Source: Eledone cirrhosa (lineage: Eukaryota). Taken from it: a stretch of 64,000 nucleotides of DNA. Below the pieces are notes generated by a model. It was not told the DNA's origin and did no database searches. It saw nothing but the letters and a program-made list of their open reading frames with translations. Below are positions 28,581-44,361 of this stretch, in pieces; the stretch's first letter is position 1, and the number at the start of each line of letters is the position of its first letter. Location: contig OZ024741.1 of assembly GCA_964016885.1 (NCBI GenBank), positions 274,784,001 through 274,848,000 of the forward strand. The letters run 5' to 3'. Both the position numbers and the translations under genes were made by a program.

Positions 28581-31500
28581 AATGGCGACCGTTGTGGTCA
28601 GTGTCCGATAATCGGACGTATGTAATTACGGCTTACATGAAGGTAACATACCATATGTATTGGAAAAAGTTGAGCTACATTACGCGGTAAGATTACATAC
28701 AATAATTCTACATAAGTGTTTGAACTGTAAGTGTGTTGTAAAACACCTATTTATATGAACGATACATACACTTATGATATATGAACGATACATACACTTT
28801 AACATATAAATGCAACGTTGTTATATTACATTTATAAAGAAATATATAAGTAACGTTTTCGATTCAAATCAAAAACATAAGTGTTTGAACTGTGAATATG
28901 TTGTGAATAAGTTGTAGAACACCTATTTATATGAATGATACATAAACTTTAACATATAGATACAGCGTTGTTATATTATATTACACTCATAAAGAAATAT
29001 ACTAAGTAACGGTTCTTTTTGTTCTCGATTCAAACGATTCAAGAACAACGTTTAAAACACAGTTGTAGAATTAAAAACTAACTGAAAAGAAATATTACCC
29101 AAGCTGTGAATAACTTTAAATTTGATTCTGACAGAACTTTGTCGAAACTTTTAAAGAAGATCATGGACTATTTTGAAAAATAAATACGAAATATTAGTGA
29201 ATAGACGAACTCATCATGGCAAAAAGTACAAGTCTCCTTCGACCAAATCGCAACTACAACCGTTGTATACAGTGGAGCTACGAGCTTAACAAAGTATTAT
29301 ATGAAGCATACAAACAATCTGAACCCCAAAAGTTCGGTTTTATGCAAAGGCTAAAAACTTTATGGAACTCTAAACACCCAGAATTAGACTTTTCTCCAAA
29401 GCATTTAAATGAACAGGCAAAACGTATCATTAGATGTAAATTGATACATCTAACGGAATTGAGTGATACTACAAATACAGCCCTTGTAGACAACCACCCC
29501 ACCTCCACTGACAGACAAAGAGAATGGCCAGCTAAATCTAACAGTGAACAGCTCACCAACAATTTTGCTGAAATCCATCCCACTTCCACTGAAGAACAGC
29601 GAGAAAGGTCAGCTAACTCTAGTAGTAATTGTCACCACATCAACAACGAGGCTGAAATTCATGACTCTACTGAACAAACAGAGCACCAAAAACTTGTGGA
29701 CACCCTACAAGTGATATGGAACGATATGTTTCAAGAGATACACAGCCTTAATGTGAGTGACAGACCATACAACACCAGAATCAGTAAAGAACCCACTAAA
29801 TTGGAATTGGAAGCGGTGAACGAAATAGCTGGCAATTATCTGAAGGCTATACGATCTAAAGGTGTAGAAACGACATTTGAAATGCTTAATGTTTTGTTAT
29901 ATGTTTCACCTGTCACATTGCTATCATATAACACACATCTAAAACCACGCAATCAAGATACAAACAGAAAGCCTGAACCAGCGTGGATGCGAAATTTAAA
30001 AACCAAAATTTTGTCCCTGAGACGAAGTATCTCACACATCGCAGTCGTTATGAAATGCAACATAGAGAGCAACTTCACACGACACCAGGAAGACCTAAAG
30101 AAAATGTTAGAGAGACGATTTGGAGATACAAAATTTAAAACTTTGAACTCCGAATTACACCAGTTGAAACAACAACTCACAGCTACAACAGAAAGGCTAA
30201 AATATAAGTCAACAGCACATAAACGACAAGTGCTAAATAGATTGTTTGCCAGAGATCCTAAATCAGTTTATCGCAGCTTCGGTGGCAAAAGCTCAATCCC
30301 TGTAAACGACACCCCTTCAAAAGAACAGGTTGAGAGCTACTGGAGATCTGTATGGGAAACGGATAACGGATTCAACAGACAAGCTAATTGGCTAAAAGAA
30401 CTGGAACAGGACTACTGCCAACATATCCAGACAAAACAATATGACATAGATGGGTCAATACTGGAAACAGCTCTACAGAAAATGTCGAATAGGAAATCGC
30501 CAGGCCCAGACCTCATTACAGGATACTGGTTGAAGAATTTCACTTTCTATCGGCAAGATCTCATACGGCTGTTTACAGAAACCATTAAAGGCACACAAGA
30601 ACTGCCCAGATGGTTATCAACTGCCACTACTCTCCTCATTCCCCAAAATAGCCAAAGCACCCTTGCTAAAAATTACCGCCCAATTGCCTGCCAAAACATC
30701 ACGTATAAATTATATACTGGGTGCCTTAACCTGTTCTTACAGGATCACTGTGCTACCAACAACATCATAACACCTGAGCAAGCTGGTGGAAAGAGGGAGG
30801 TGTGGGGTTGCATAGATCACCTACTAACTAACAAAATGATTCAGGAAAAAACAACAAAGAATCGCAGAAACATGACTGTCGTGTGGCTGGACTATCAAAA
30901 AGCATTTGATAGTGTACCTCATGGGTGGATTGTTAAGGCTTTACAGTTAGCTAAAGTCCCACAACCATTGGTAGCTGCTGTTGAACGCCTGACCAAGAAC
31001 TGGTACACCAGTTTGATCCTTAGAGGTGAGAAGGAGCAGGTTAAGACTGATAAGATACATTACCAGAAGGGCATCTTTCAGGGTGATAGCTTGTCAGTGC
31101 TACTCTTCGTTCTCTCACTGAATCCACTATCTTACCTACTCAGGAAACAAGGTGGACAAAGAAGTGGGCCCAGAAGTATCTCCCATCTTTTCTTTGTTGA
31201 TGACCTGAAGTTGTATGGGCCAAATATCAATGACATCAAGAAACAATTGGACCTCATTACACAATTTTCAACCGACATCAAAATGAAATTTGGTGAGTCC
31301 AAGTATGCATATTTGGCAGTAAAACGTGGAAGAGCTGTGCCCTCCTCTAGAAATCTAGAGATGAACGGCCTGACAATACAACCTCTGCAGTCAGGTGACA
31401 ACTACAGATATCTTGGACAGGATGAGAATGTCAGATATGATGGACCCATAAATAAGGAGAGAACCAGAACTGAATACCTCAGAAGAGTAAAGAAAATATG

Positions 31501-32774
31501 GTCATCAGAACTGTCAGCATACAACAAATACATTGCCCACAATACTTATTTGGCCTACTGAACTGGTCATTGCAAGAACTAAGTGAGATGGATGTTAGAA
31601 CTCGAAAACTTCTCAGTGTTACTGGGAACTTTAACATCAATGGTGATGTGGATAGGCTATACTTCTCACGCAAGGAAGGTGGCCGGGGTCTAAAATCAAT
31701 ATTAACAACATATGAGACCCGGATAGTAACACTGCACCTTCAACAGAGGAAAAGGTTGGCAACCATCTTGCCCAGGTTTATGACCATGAAAAAAGAAATA
31801 TCATTAGAATAGCGACTGATCTGGAGGAGAGATATGGAATAAAGCCTGATATAAATCTCTCACCCAGAGAAATCGGAAGATCCTATTCAATGTTCAAACA
31901 AGATAAAAAAATTGACCAATTTACAGAAAAGGTTGTGCATGGATACTTGAGGCGTAAAACACAGACCATAGAGGGGATAAACCAATCAAAAAGCCTGGCA
32001 TGGAGTTCCGACAAGTTTATGACATCACACCTTGAGGGATATCTCTATGCAATACAGGAACAAGAACTCCCTACCAAATATCTGCTGCACAAAAGAGGAG
32101 GGCCAGCAGCTGACAATAAATGTAGGCTATGTAAAACAAAGATCGAGGATGTAAGCCACATTGTTGCCAGCTGCGAAAGAATGTCATCTCGCTACTACCT
32201 CCCCATGAGACACGATGGGATAGCTAGAACCATCTGGAACGCACTTCGGAAAACAAAATTAACAACAAACGAGGAAGAATATATTGAGACAGATGGCACT
32301 AAGGAATACTGGTGGAACCTGAAAATAAAAACTGCCACCAAATTAAAGCACAACCGGCCTGATATTGTAGTTTGGGACCACACATTGAAAACGTGTTCTG
32401 TTGTGGAGATCAGCTGCCCACTTGATGTAAACGTTGTCAGAAAAATACAGGAGAAGGAGGACATCTACGGACCATTGATGAGGAGTTTACAAATCCAGTA
32501 TCCAATATACACCTTTAGCTTCATACCCATCATTATTGGTGCTACGGGTTATATACCAACCCGCTTGGACCAAAGTATGGCTGAACTTGGATTTGCGGAC
32601 AAAAAGCGCAGCTCCCTAATTCATAGTCTACAAATGGCTGCGATAGCTGGCACCTTCAAAATTTGCAAAACATTCTTGCGATTCAAGGGATGACAATTTC
32701 TTTTCTTTTACAACCTTGCCACCAGGAAGGTGGCCGGTCAAAAAAATATACTCGAAATTAAGAGAAAGAGAAAA
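28581..32774 (+). mobile_element. Near-full-length R4/Dong-clade non-LTR retrotransposon, family 2
   Basis: ORF 29216-31561 (RT: NYRPIAC, WLDYQKAFDSVPH, GIFQGDSLS, FVDDLK), frameshifted middle, 31890-32693 (CRLC...HIVASC, RHD, RPDIVV, EISCP); ~635-bp 5' UTR with internal duplication; (CATA)n on both sides. Confidence 0.93.
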
Positions 32775-32968
32775 CATACTTACATACATACATACATACA
32801 CACATACATACATACACACATACATACATACATACATACATACACACATACATACATACACACATACATACATACACACATACATACATACACACATACA
32901 TACATACATTCATACATACATACATACATACATACATACATACATACATACATACATACATACATACA

Positions 32969-33040
32969 TGTCTGTATCTATGTTAGAAACCGACTCACTC
33001 TCTATTGGTGAAAATTTATAAAATTATGAAACCAGAATAT
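32969..33040 (+). mobile_element. ~70-bp 3' terminus related to R4 family 1
   Basis: tctatgttagaaaccgactc...ttggt...aaattat.aaaccagaa matches 18030-18095; within (CATA)n. Confidence 0.8.
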
Positions 33041-33054
33041 CATACATACATACC

Positions 33055-33567
<513 letters not shown>

Positions 33568-33731
33568 ATTATTCCATTCTGTTCTCTGTCGGATATTTCC
33601 CCTGGAGTGAGGAGCCAGTAGTGGGGGTGGGGCTAATTCCATCTTTTCAATCTGAGTATCTATATTGATCTATCAGTCTCCATTAAACATTATTAGAGGT
33701 GCCATTGTGAGTTGGAACTGTTGTGGAAAAT

Positions 33732-34229
33732 ATGTGTGTGTTTGTGTGTATGTGTGAGTGTGTGTGTCTGTGTGCGTGCTTGTTGCTAGCGTGTCTATGT
33801 GTGTGTGTGTCTGTGTATGTGTGTGTGTTCTTGTGTATGTACTTGTGAGTATGCGTACCTCAGTGTGTGTGTGAGTTTGAGAGTGTGTGTGTGTGCGTGC
33901 TTGTGAGCTTCTGCGTGTGTATGTGTGGGTGTCTGTGTATGTGTGTGTGTCTGTGTATGTGTGTGTGTTCTTGTGTATGTACTTGTGAGTATGCGTACCT
34001 CAGTGTGTGTGTGAGTTTGAGAGTGTGTGTGTGTGCGTGCTTGTGTGCTTCTGCGTGTGTATGTGTGTGTGTCTGTGTATGTGTGTGTGTCTGTGTATGT
34101 GTGTGTGTTCTTGTGTATGTACTTGTGAGTATGCGTACCTCAGTGTGTGTGTGAGTTTGAGAGTGTGTGTGTGTGCGTGCTTGTGAGCTTCTGCGTGTGT
34201 GTGTGTGTGCTTGTGTGCTTGTCAGCTAC

Positions 34230-34262
<33 letters not shown>

Positions 34263-34446
34263 TCTTGTGTGTGTACTTGTGGGCATGCGTGCCTCAGTGT
34301 GTATGTGTGAGTGTGTGTGTGTGCTTGTGAGCTTCTGTGTGTGTGTGTGCATGTGTGCTTGTCAGCTAGCGTGTCTGTGTGTGTGTGCGTGCGTGTGTGT
34401 GTGTTCTTGTGTGTGTACTTATGAGCATGCGTGCCTCAGTGTGTAT

Positions 34447-34487
<41 letters not shown>
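33732..34487. repeat. TG-rich minisatellite with ~120-160-bp higher-order unit
   Basis: gttcttgtgtatgtacttgtgagtatgcgtacctcagtg recurs about five times. Confidence 0.85.
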
Positions 34488-34492
<5 letters not shown>

Positions 34493-34564
34493 GTTGTTGT
34501 TTTTGTTTGAAATTCGAAACATACTTTAAAATATTTCCGTTTGTTTCTAGAAATATTTCTATAG

Positions 34565-35527
34565 CAGTGTGGTTTAGAAATTGGCTTCACAACCACATTT
34601 TAGTGGTTCAATACCACAAATCAGCACTTTAGGCTAGTGTGCTCTTCTACTATAGCCTCGGATTGACCAGTGTCTTGATAGACGTATTACGGTATCGGTA
34701 GAGGGTCGGACGCCATGATTTCTAGCATAGTTACGTCCCTTTACGATCTGAGTTTAAATAATGTCGAGGTTAACTTTGCCTTTCATCCTTACGGGGTCAA
34801 TAAAATAAAGTACCAGTAATACACTGACATAATTGCTGGCCTTGTGCCAAAAGTAGAAACAATTATTAACAATGGCGGTGGATTGGCAGTATCGGTAGAG
34901 GGTCGGACGCCATGCTATGACGCATAGAGTTACGGCCCTTGCCATTCTGAGTTCAAATCCCGCCGAGGTTAACTTTGCTTTTCGTCCTTACGGGGTCGAT
35001 AAAATAAAGTACCAGTAATGCACTGGGTAATTGCTGGCCTTGTGCCCAAAGTAGAAACAATTATTAGCAGGGGTGATAATGTCAACTAATACGTCTATGA
35101 AGACACTGGTCAATTCGAGGCTGGCAGTATCGGTAGAGGGTCGGACGCCATGCTTTATAGCAAAGAGTTACGGCCCTTTATGGACTGAGTTCAAATCCCG
35201 CCGGGGTTAACTTTGCCTTTCATCCTTACGGGGTCGATAAAATAAAGTACCAGTCACACACTGGGGTCGATTTAATCGACTTTCCCTTTCCCCTTCCCCA
35301 AAATTGCTGGCCTTGTGCCTATATAAGAAACCAGTATTTTATGCTATTGACAGTATCGGTAGGGGGTCGGACGCCATGCTTTCCAGCACAGAGTTATGTC
35401 CCTTTACAGTCTGAGTTCAAATTCCGCCGAGGTTAACTTAGCCTTTCAACCTTACAGGGTCAATAAAATAAAGTACCAGTAATACACTGGGAAAATTGCT
35501 GGCCTTGTGCCAAAAGTAGAAACAATT
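34565..35527 (+). mobile_element. Cluster of tRNA-SINEs (one distinct family plus four dominant-family copies)
   Basis: Copies start ~34565, 34690, 34873, 35122, 35346; A/B boxes and shared core. Confidence 0.85.
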
Positions 35528-35790
35528 ATTTTATGGTGATGGCGAGGCACAGTATGTTTTGAGAGGTTTAATGGATTTGGGGTAAGCCATTGTTGTAAAC
35601 TAAACATAGAGGACACGAGGAAATATAAAAATAAAAATATATCTTTAATGAAAGTTATTAAACTTGCACGCAGCCAGTATGTGATATAAAATGCTTGAAA
35701 GAAAGACTCTTCGTTATATATATACGAGTACATATACATATATGTAATAAGGAGTTGACGGACCCACCATATTTATCAATGCCATATATA

Positions 35791-35830
<40 letters not shown>

Positions 35831-35891
35831 CATATATGTGTGTATATATATATATGTATATGTATATATATATATGCACATACACGCACAT

Positions 35892-36498
35892 ATGTTGGCT
35901 GCCAACTCGTTTTCGAGTACGGCCACTACTTTATATCCATGTAGGAGAACCCCTACCGATGCGCTAAACAAGTGTGACTTTTAGTCCAGCCAGCGACTTG
36001 AAAACTCTGGTACAAACACTACACCTGTGACAATTATTGACACAGTGTTGGGGCCTTGGTACCATGTGACGACAAGTGTAGAGAGATCTCCAGATATAAA
36101 GCAATGCCTGTGCCGTGAAGCTTTTATAGTGAGCAAAGGCACTGCACAAAGCCAGTCCCACTCTCTTAACTCGAGTTGATATTTACCAAAAAGAAGAATA
36201 AGTCAACATCATTGGATACCATCAGGGTTGCAGGTGTTATATCAGAGTTTTCCTTCTCCTAGAATTCTGCCTTGACAAAGGCTAAGGGGTCATCTCTCCC
36301 GGTGATTTTGGATGGCCATTGACTCTTAAGAGCTCCTTTGCCCTTTGACAGGTTTTGTTTTTAGTCCTGCAGGATGTCCAAAGTCACCCTCCTCACCAAG
36401 AATCCTTGGTGGGGTTGCCAGTTTAGTCGCCAACAACCCGACCATGGGACAGGTTGTACTGGGATACATGTTACCAGTAGCACCAACTGGTGACCTGA
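35892..36498 (-). mobile_element. Complete ~600-bp RTE-derived non-autonomous element
   Basis: Near-identical to 26643-27246; leader plus C2H2-coding RTE 3' end. Confidence 0.85.
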
Positions 36499-36795
36499 CA
36501 TAAACACGCACATATACATACATAAATACATACATAAGTATACACACACATACACACAAACACACATATACATATATGTGCGTTTGTGTGTATATATATA
36601 TATATGTATATATTTTATTTTATTTTATTTATTTAAAAAAAAAAAGTTTTCAAAGTTTCTCCTTAAAAAATTGTTTTTCGTTTTGTTTCCGTTCGTTGTC
36701 TTGTCCTTTGTTAATTTTCTCAAGTTTATATATATATATATACTGTATATATATATATATATATATATAAAGAGAGCGAGCGAGAGAGAGAGAGC

Positions 36796-36872
<77 letters not shown>

Positions 36873-36891
36873 TCGTTGATTGTCTCAAGTT

Positions 36892-36931
<40 letters not shown>

Positions 36932-36934
<3 letters not shown>

Positions 36935-37136
36935 AAAATATTTACCCCGACGGCAGAGCTCAAGCTGTTTCGATGGCTATTTCTGGACCCAGAATCTGGT
37001 TCCAGAACTAGCCGTCGAAACGGCTTGAGCTCTCCCGTCGGGGTTAAACATTTTCCTATTACCCACTCTACTACCCTAAGTATTGAGTACTCTGGTGCGT
37101 TATGGTCCACCTGGTTCCTTACCACATTTCCTTCGT

Positions 37137-37137
<1 letters not shown>
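36932..37137 (+). mobile_element. Family B fold-back element in (TA)n
   Basis: Palindromic part containing GAAA cggc-loop-(g/c)ccg TC (3' half of a hammerhead) plus unique tail. Confidence 0.7.
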
Positions 37138-37169
<32 letters not shown>

Positions 37170-37261
37170 GTATACATATACATATATATACATATATACA
37201 TATATATATACATATATATATATACATATATATATACACATATATACATATATATATATAC

Positions 37262-37316
<55 letters not shown>

Positions 37317-37351
37317 CATATATACATATATATATATACATATATATATAC

Positions 37352-37416
<65 letters not shown>

Positions 37417-37599
37417 CGTACACACACACACTTATATATATATATATATATATATATATACTGTGTATAGTTATATTCACTGTCCATTGTTCTATCACGT
37501 CACAAACGTCTTTACTGATGTACAATAGAGATTTTTAACTATTTCCATCTTTGAAACATAATACAACAATCTATCACCCCTCCCCACTACAACCATCCC

Positions 37600-37629
37600 C
37601 ACCTCTCTCACTTTCACCCTTTCTCTTTG

Positions 37630-37670
<41 letters not shown>

Positions 37671-37883
37671 GTCTCTCTCTCTCTCTCTCTGTCTCTCACC
37701 CTTTCTCTCTGTCCCTCTCTCTCTCTCTTAAACACCCACTCTCTCTCTCTCTCTGTCTCTCTGTCTCTCCCTCTCACCCTTTCTCTTTGTCCCGCTCTCT
37801 CTCTCTCTCTTTTAAACACCCACTCTCTCTTAAACACCCACTCTCTCTCTCTGTATGTCTATCCCTCTCACCCTTTCTCTTTA

Positions 37884-37942
<59 letters not shown>

Positions 37943-38230
37943 CACCCACTCTCTCTGACTCTCTGTCTCTCTGACTCTCTGTCTCTCTGACTCTCCCACT
38001 CATCCTTACTCTTTGTCACTCTCTCTCTCAAACACCCACTCTCACTTGCTCTCTCTGTGTCCCTCTGTCTCTCTCACTCTCTTTCTGTCTCGATCTCTCT
38101 CTTTCTTTGTTTCTCTTCCTAACTCTCTCTTTCTCTCTCTCCCTTTCTCTGTCTCTCTTTCTCTCTTCCATCTTTCGCTCTCTCTCTCTCTCTCTTTTTC
38201 TTACCCTCTCTCTCCATTTCTCTTTCTCTC
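37600..38230. repeat. (CT)n-rich minisatellite with aaacacccact units
   Basis: Direct reading. Confidence 0.9.
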
Positions 38231-38574
38231 TTTATATCTATCTTGTACATTATTCTACAACACACAAACAAACTTTTATCCACTTACAAACACAGACACA
38301 CAAAAACACGCACACACGTACACCCACACTTACACTCACACAAACATACATATACATACATAGATATACACACATACACACAAACATACATACACATGCA
38401 TAGGTACATACAAACACAGACGTACATACACACAAACATACATATACATACATAGATACACACACACAGACACACACAAATGTAAACATACGTAGATACA
38501 CACAAATTTACACAAACATATAGAGCTATCATGTGAAATATTTCCGTGACACAGTTTTTTTCGCCTCGTCCCAC

Positions 38575-40045
38575 ACTACCATCGCCACCCCACCATCACC
38601 ATTACTAGTACTACCACCACCACTACCACCACAACCATCAAGCCACTTATCAGTACCAACACTACCATCACCACCACCACCAGCAACAACAAAATCAACA
38701 GTAACAACTCCACTGACGCCAACACTACCACTACCAACACCAAAACCACCACCACCAACACCACCACCAACACCAACACCACCACCACCAACACCACCAC
38801 CACCACCACCACCAACACCAAAACCACCACCACCACCACCAACACCAACACCAACACTACCACCACCAACAAAAAAACCACCACCACCACCAACACCACC
38901 ACCAACACCAAAACCACCACCACCACCACCACCACCACCAACACCACCAACAAAAACAAAAACAACAGCAACAACTCCACCAACACCAACACCAACACCA
39001 ACACCACCACCAACAACACCAAAACCACCACCACCACCACCATCACCACCAACAACAACAAAAACAACAGCAACAACTTCACCGACACCAACACCAACAC
39101 CAACACCAACACCACCAACAACAAAACTACCACCACCACCACTACCACCACCACCACCATCACCTCCAACAACAACAAAAACAACAGCAACAACTCCACC
39201 GACACCAACACCAACACCACCACCGCCACTACCACCACCACCGCCATCACCTCCAACAACAACAAAAACAACAGCAACAACTCCACCGACACCAACACCA
39301 ACACCACCACCACCACTACCACCACCACCACCATCACCTCCAACAACAACAAAAACAACAGCAACAACTCCACCAACACCGACACCAACACCACCACCAC
39401 CACCACTACCATCACCTCCAACAACAAAACTACCACCACCACCACCATCACCTCTAACAACAACAAAAACAACAGCAACAACTTCACCGACACCAACACC
39501 AACACCAACACCACCACCACCAACACCACCACCACCACCACCAACACCACCACCAACACCAACACCACCACCACCAACAACACCACCACCACCACCACCA
39601 TCACCACCAACAACAACAAAAACAACAGCAACAACTTCACCGACACCAACACCAACACCCCCAACACCAACACCAACACCACCACCACCAACAACACCAC
39701 CACCACCACCATCACCTCCAACAACAACAAAAACAACAGCAACAACTCCACCGACACCAACACCAACACCACCACCACCAACAACAAAACTACCACCACC
39801 ACCACCACCACCAACACCACCACCACTATCACCACCAACACCACCAACACCACCACCACCACCACCAACACCAACACCACCACCACTACCACCACCAACA
39901 ACACCAACACCACCACCAACACCACCACCACCACCAACACCACCACCACTATCACCACCAACAACACCAACACCACCACCACCAACAACAACAACAACAA
40001 CACCACCACCACCACCACCACTACCACCACCACCTACACCACCAC
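38575..40045. repeat. (CCA/ACA)n minisatellite with higher-order unit
   Basis: ccatcacctccaacaacaacaaaaacaacagcaacaactccaccgaca recurs; open in several frames on both strands. Confidence 0.9.
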
Positions 40046-40442
40046 TGATTACATTCCGGACATAGAGAAGCTCTCGTATATAAATCATTCTGACACCCAG
40101 CTACTGTCTCCTATCATGTGACCCCCACACATTACAATCTTAACCCCCACCTCACCCTCACACCCCCAAAATTCCAGCCAAATCTCTTACCTTGCTGACA
40201 ACCTCTGTTAGATAAAAACACTGAACGAAAGAAACGGGGTGGGGTAGGTGAAGAGGGTGGTGTGGGTGAAAAGGGGTGGTGTGGGTGAAAGGGTGTTGAG
40301 GGGGAATGGAGGGTCTTTGGATTATTTGGGGAGGGCAGAGGGTAGAGTTTATGAAGTCCGACACATCAATTCCTCGTTGGATTGTTGGATAATTCGTTTT
40401 CCCGCCAACGTTAATAGTCACCATATTGTGTATGTATGTATG

Positions 40443-40477
<35 letters not shown>

Positions 40478-40734
40478 TCTTCTTACACTCATTACCGAGA
40501 GGATATATATAGATATATATATATATATGTGTGTGTGTGTGAGCAATTTCCTATTACCCACTCTACTATATGTATATATATATATAACGAAGGAAAAGTG
40601 GTAAGGAACCAGGTGGATCATAACGCACGAGAGTACTCAATACTTAGGGTAGTAGAGTGGGTAATAGGAAATTGCTCACACACACACATATATATATATA
40701 TCTATATATATCCTCTCAGTAATGAGTGTAAGAA

Positions 40735-40828
<94 letters not shown>

Positions 40829-41627
40829 CTATCTATATATATTGTTATGCTTTGGGAGGGTCATGTTGCCAATAAGAAACACACGCACCAATTGCTTTCA
40901 CTTCAATTTATTATAAATCAAATTTATAAATTTAAGGATTTATAAATTTCCGGTTGGTTGGTTGGTTCCACAACCAGACGATTGTTCATATATTGTCAAA
41001 GTTCTTTCGTCACACATTCTGTGACCTCTTCAGTGACTGGGGATTCACAACTTACAATTAAGGACAAAATGAAAACACACACACACATAGAACAAACAAC
41101 CAACCAGTAACATGTAAATAAACAAATAAATAAACAAATATAAACACACACAGACACCCGGATGTAACACATGCGCAAACTAAGCACACAACACACACAA
41201 AAACAAGATGGCGTAGGGCAGAGCAAAGGAGAGGCACAAAAACAAAGAAAAGAATCCGGTTCTTATATATTTGATATATATTTATCCTTATCGAGCCCTC
41301 TTTGGATTTATTCTTCAAATTTATTATTATTACTATATATATATATATATAAATCCAACGAGAATCGCATTTCGGCGGGTAGAAAAAGCGAAACGTAACG
41401 AAAATTCCGAGTCATGCTGGCAAGCGCTCCATAGGCTAAAAGACTAGAGCAATAAACATAGGTTATAAAGGCTGTACAAACTAAGAAGGCGGTCATAAAC
41501 CACCTAAGCCAAAAAACAAGTCAAGCTAAACAGGTCAGACAAAATAAATGACATAATCATATATATATATATATATATATACATTAATTAAAATAAATTT
41601 ATTATTATTATTACTATATATATATAT

Positions 41628-41663
<36 letters not shown>

Positions 41664-41667
<4 letters not shown>

Positions 41668-42137
41668 GTATGTATACGTGCATACATATATGTATACAGA
41701 CGTATAGTAGTATGTATATATATACATACATGCACACATATATATATGTACGTATGGATTCACCGAACATTTATTATAATTCTCGGTTTATTTATAAACA
41801 AACATCCCGAATTAAGCCGTACAGTGTTAGTAACCATCGTTGCCCTTTTGCTAATAAGCTTGAAACTAGTACATCGTTCCTTTGTCAGTGTTAAACAAAA
41901 GAGCAACGATGGTTGCTAAACATTACGGGTTAATTCGGGATGTTTGTTTACAAACACACCGAGCATTATAATAAATGTTCGGTAAACCATACGTACATAT
42001 ATATATATATGTGCATGTATGTATATATATACATACTACTGTACGTCTGTATACATATATGTATGTACGTATACATACTTATATTTAAGTAACAGCCGTA
42101 CTAAGAGTGAGAAATGAAATTTCGTTTCATTTTTTCC

Positions 42138-42197
<60 letters not shown>

Positions 42198-42255
42198 GGA
42201 AAAAATGAAACGAAATTTCATTTGTCACTCTTAGTATGGCTGCTACTTAAATATA
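41664..42255. mobile_element. Nested inverted copies of the element at 62971-63573
   Basis: 41664-41850 inverted to 41894-42090; 42085-42141 inverted to 42193-42253 around (TA)n; half hammerhead GAAA ctag TA at ~41862. Confidence 0.7.
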
Positions 42256-42644
42256 TATATATATGTATTTTCTGAGTGTGTGTATATATATATTTATGTG
42301 TATTTTTGTGTATATGTACGTGCTATATGATAGGTAATTTCTCTAGCAATATATATATTTCGTAATGTTTAAATTCAAATTTTTAATATATTGATCTCAA
42401 TTTTTAAACTAAATATCTAATCATAGTTAAACAATGATTAATTTCTCATATTATATATGTATATTCCATTCATGAATATTAATATTTCTAATTTTATTTA
42501 TTCATTTCATCTCAATTGTTAACTTAACTTAATATGACATGACTTAAGGTTTTCATTCTCTCCCCCTCTCTCTATCTCTATATTTCTCTCTCTTGATTTT
42601 TTCTCTCTGTCTTGTGGTTTGATATCACTCTCATGTTTTTCTGT

Positions 42645-42832
42645 TTTCTTTTTTTCTTTTTTTCTTTTTTTCTTTTTTTCTTTTTTTCTTTTTTTCTTTT
42701 TTTCTTTTTTTCTTTTTTTCTTTTTTTCTTTTTTTCTTTTTTTCTTTTTTTCTTTTTTTCTCTTTTTCTTTTTTTCTTTTTTTCTTTTTTTTTTCTTTTT
42801 TTCTTTTTTTCTTTTTTTCTTTTTTCTTTTTC
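42645..42832. repeat. (T7C)n tract
   Basis: Direct reading. Confidence 0.95.
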
Positions 42833-43021
42833 TTTATTTATCTCTCCCTTTCTTTCTCCACTTTTCTCTCTCTCGGTTTTTCTCTTTCTCCGTCTTTTTC
42901 CTTCTCCTTAACACAACGACTTACTAAAATAAACAAATCCACTATCCTTGATGTCTTCCAAAAGTAACGGTTGCATTTTGAAAGGGTACGTCAATGTTTA
43001 TTTATAAAACTGGTATATATT

Positions 43022-43088
43022 GTATTTTGTCTGATGAAAGCATACCATAATTTAACATGGTATCCTTGAAATATGTATAATAAAATAC
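43022..43088 (+). ncRNA. Minimal type I hammerhead ribozyme
   Basis: gtattttgt CTGATGA aagcataccat-loop-atggtatcctt GAAA tatgta TA ataaaatac; 9-bp stem I. Confidence 0.8.
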
Positions 43089-43127
43089 ATATGGTTTTAT
43101 AAATATAGTTTCCATTTGTTAATATCG

Positions 43128-43161
<34 letters not shown>

Positions 43162-43190
43162 TGTATATATATATATATATATACATATAT

Positions 43191-43292
<102 letters not shown>

Positions 43293-43539
43293 ATATAATA
43301 AATGAAACAAAACAAAACAAATACAGGTATGCAAAAATGCACACTTTTATTAGGTTCACGCTCGGAGGAAATGGAGAGGGTCAACGTTTCGTACTGAAGT
43401 CCTTCATCGGGAAAGTTCGGATAAGGAGAGTACAAGTAGATGTATTACTAGAGTGTGAAGGTTAGTAAAGATATATATACATAAGTAAGACTTTAATTGC
43501 TCCAACCTATTTATTCACCTTCGATAACTACCCTAAATA

Positions 43540-43945
43540 TGATGGCTGCAAACTCTGCTAAGAGCATTGGTGCACTTTTAGGCTACAGCCAGCCACACGA
43601 ACCTGTAACATAACCTGAACAAGCAATGCCAGTGCTTTGAAGGTTTTTTTAAGTGGGGAAGGCCTTCCACTTGACCTATCGCACTCTCTGAGCATCGAAA
43701 ACACTACTCGAAAAGGAGAACTGGTCAACATCATCGGATGCTTCCGAAGCCCCAAGTTTTTTTTTTTCAGAGTTTCCGTCTCCTAGAAAGGTGTTGTGTC
43801 AAGGTGTGTGTGGGGGGGGGGGGGGGGGGGGATCCTATTGTGATGGCCATTGACTCTATTATTTGGATGGTCATTGACTCTGCCAAGTTACTCCGCCCGG
43901 GTCTTGTATTTCATCCTGCAGGGTGACCAAATATCACCCACCTCA
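43540..43945 (-). mobile_element. RTE-derived element, second tail type
   Basis: Similar to 27328-27730. Confidence 0.75.
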
Positions 43946-44361
43946 TTTATATATAGTAGCAGAAAACCACCCTTCAGGTGGTTTTCTGCTAACATGTGTA
44001 GTGGGTATATTGATATTATACGCAAGTATATATACATGTAGATATGATACATCAAATAACATCGTAATTGACAATGTACACAGAAATTGAACAAGACTGC
44101 GTTATACAGTCTTATGTAATCAGTAACGTACTCCATGGTACATTAAAAAAAAGACGATATTATATATAAACTGCATTAGGAGAAAATTAGTGACGGAAAT
44201 ATATGAATGTTTATTTAAGAGATCGCTAACCGGAAGTGTTGACATTTGAAAATTTTGAAGAAGTGACTCTTTAAATAAGTAATAAAATATATTTAATGAA
44301 CAGCCACGAAATTTAGTAGATAAATTATGTAATATTCATTCATTATTTATTCAAAGTTTAG

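Noticed and set aside
36380-36498. HDV-like or twister assignment for the RTE-derived leader
   Set aside because: ccagt/actgg and gactaa hint at HDV P2/J4-2, but L3 and P1 could not be built; twister core absent. Kept only as an unclassified fold.
38533-40065. 510-aa Pro/Thr-rich extensin/mucin-like ORF (and 519-aa Gly/Val antisense ORF)
   Set aside because: CCA/ACA repeats lack stops in several frames on both strands; no real start, signal peptide or clear splice context.
43375-43416. Minus-strand ccgatga aggac...GAAA cgtt hammerhead-like motif
   Set aside because: Core U4 altered and stems I/II pair poorly; probably a decayed PLE remnant.
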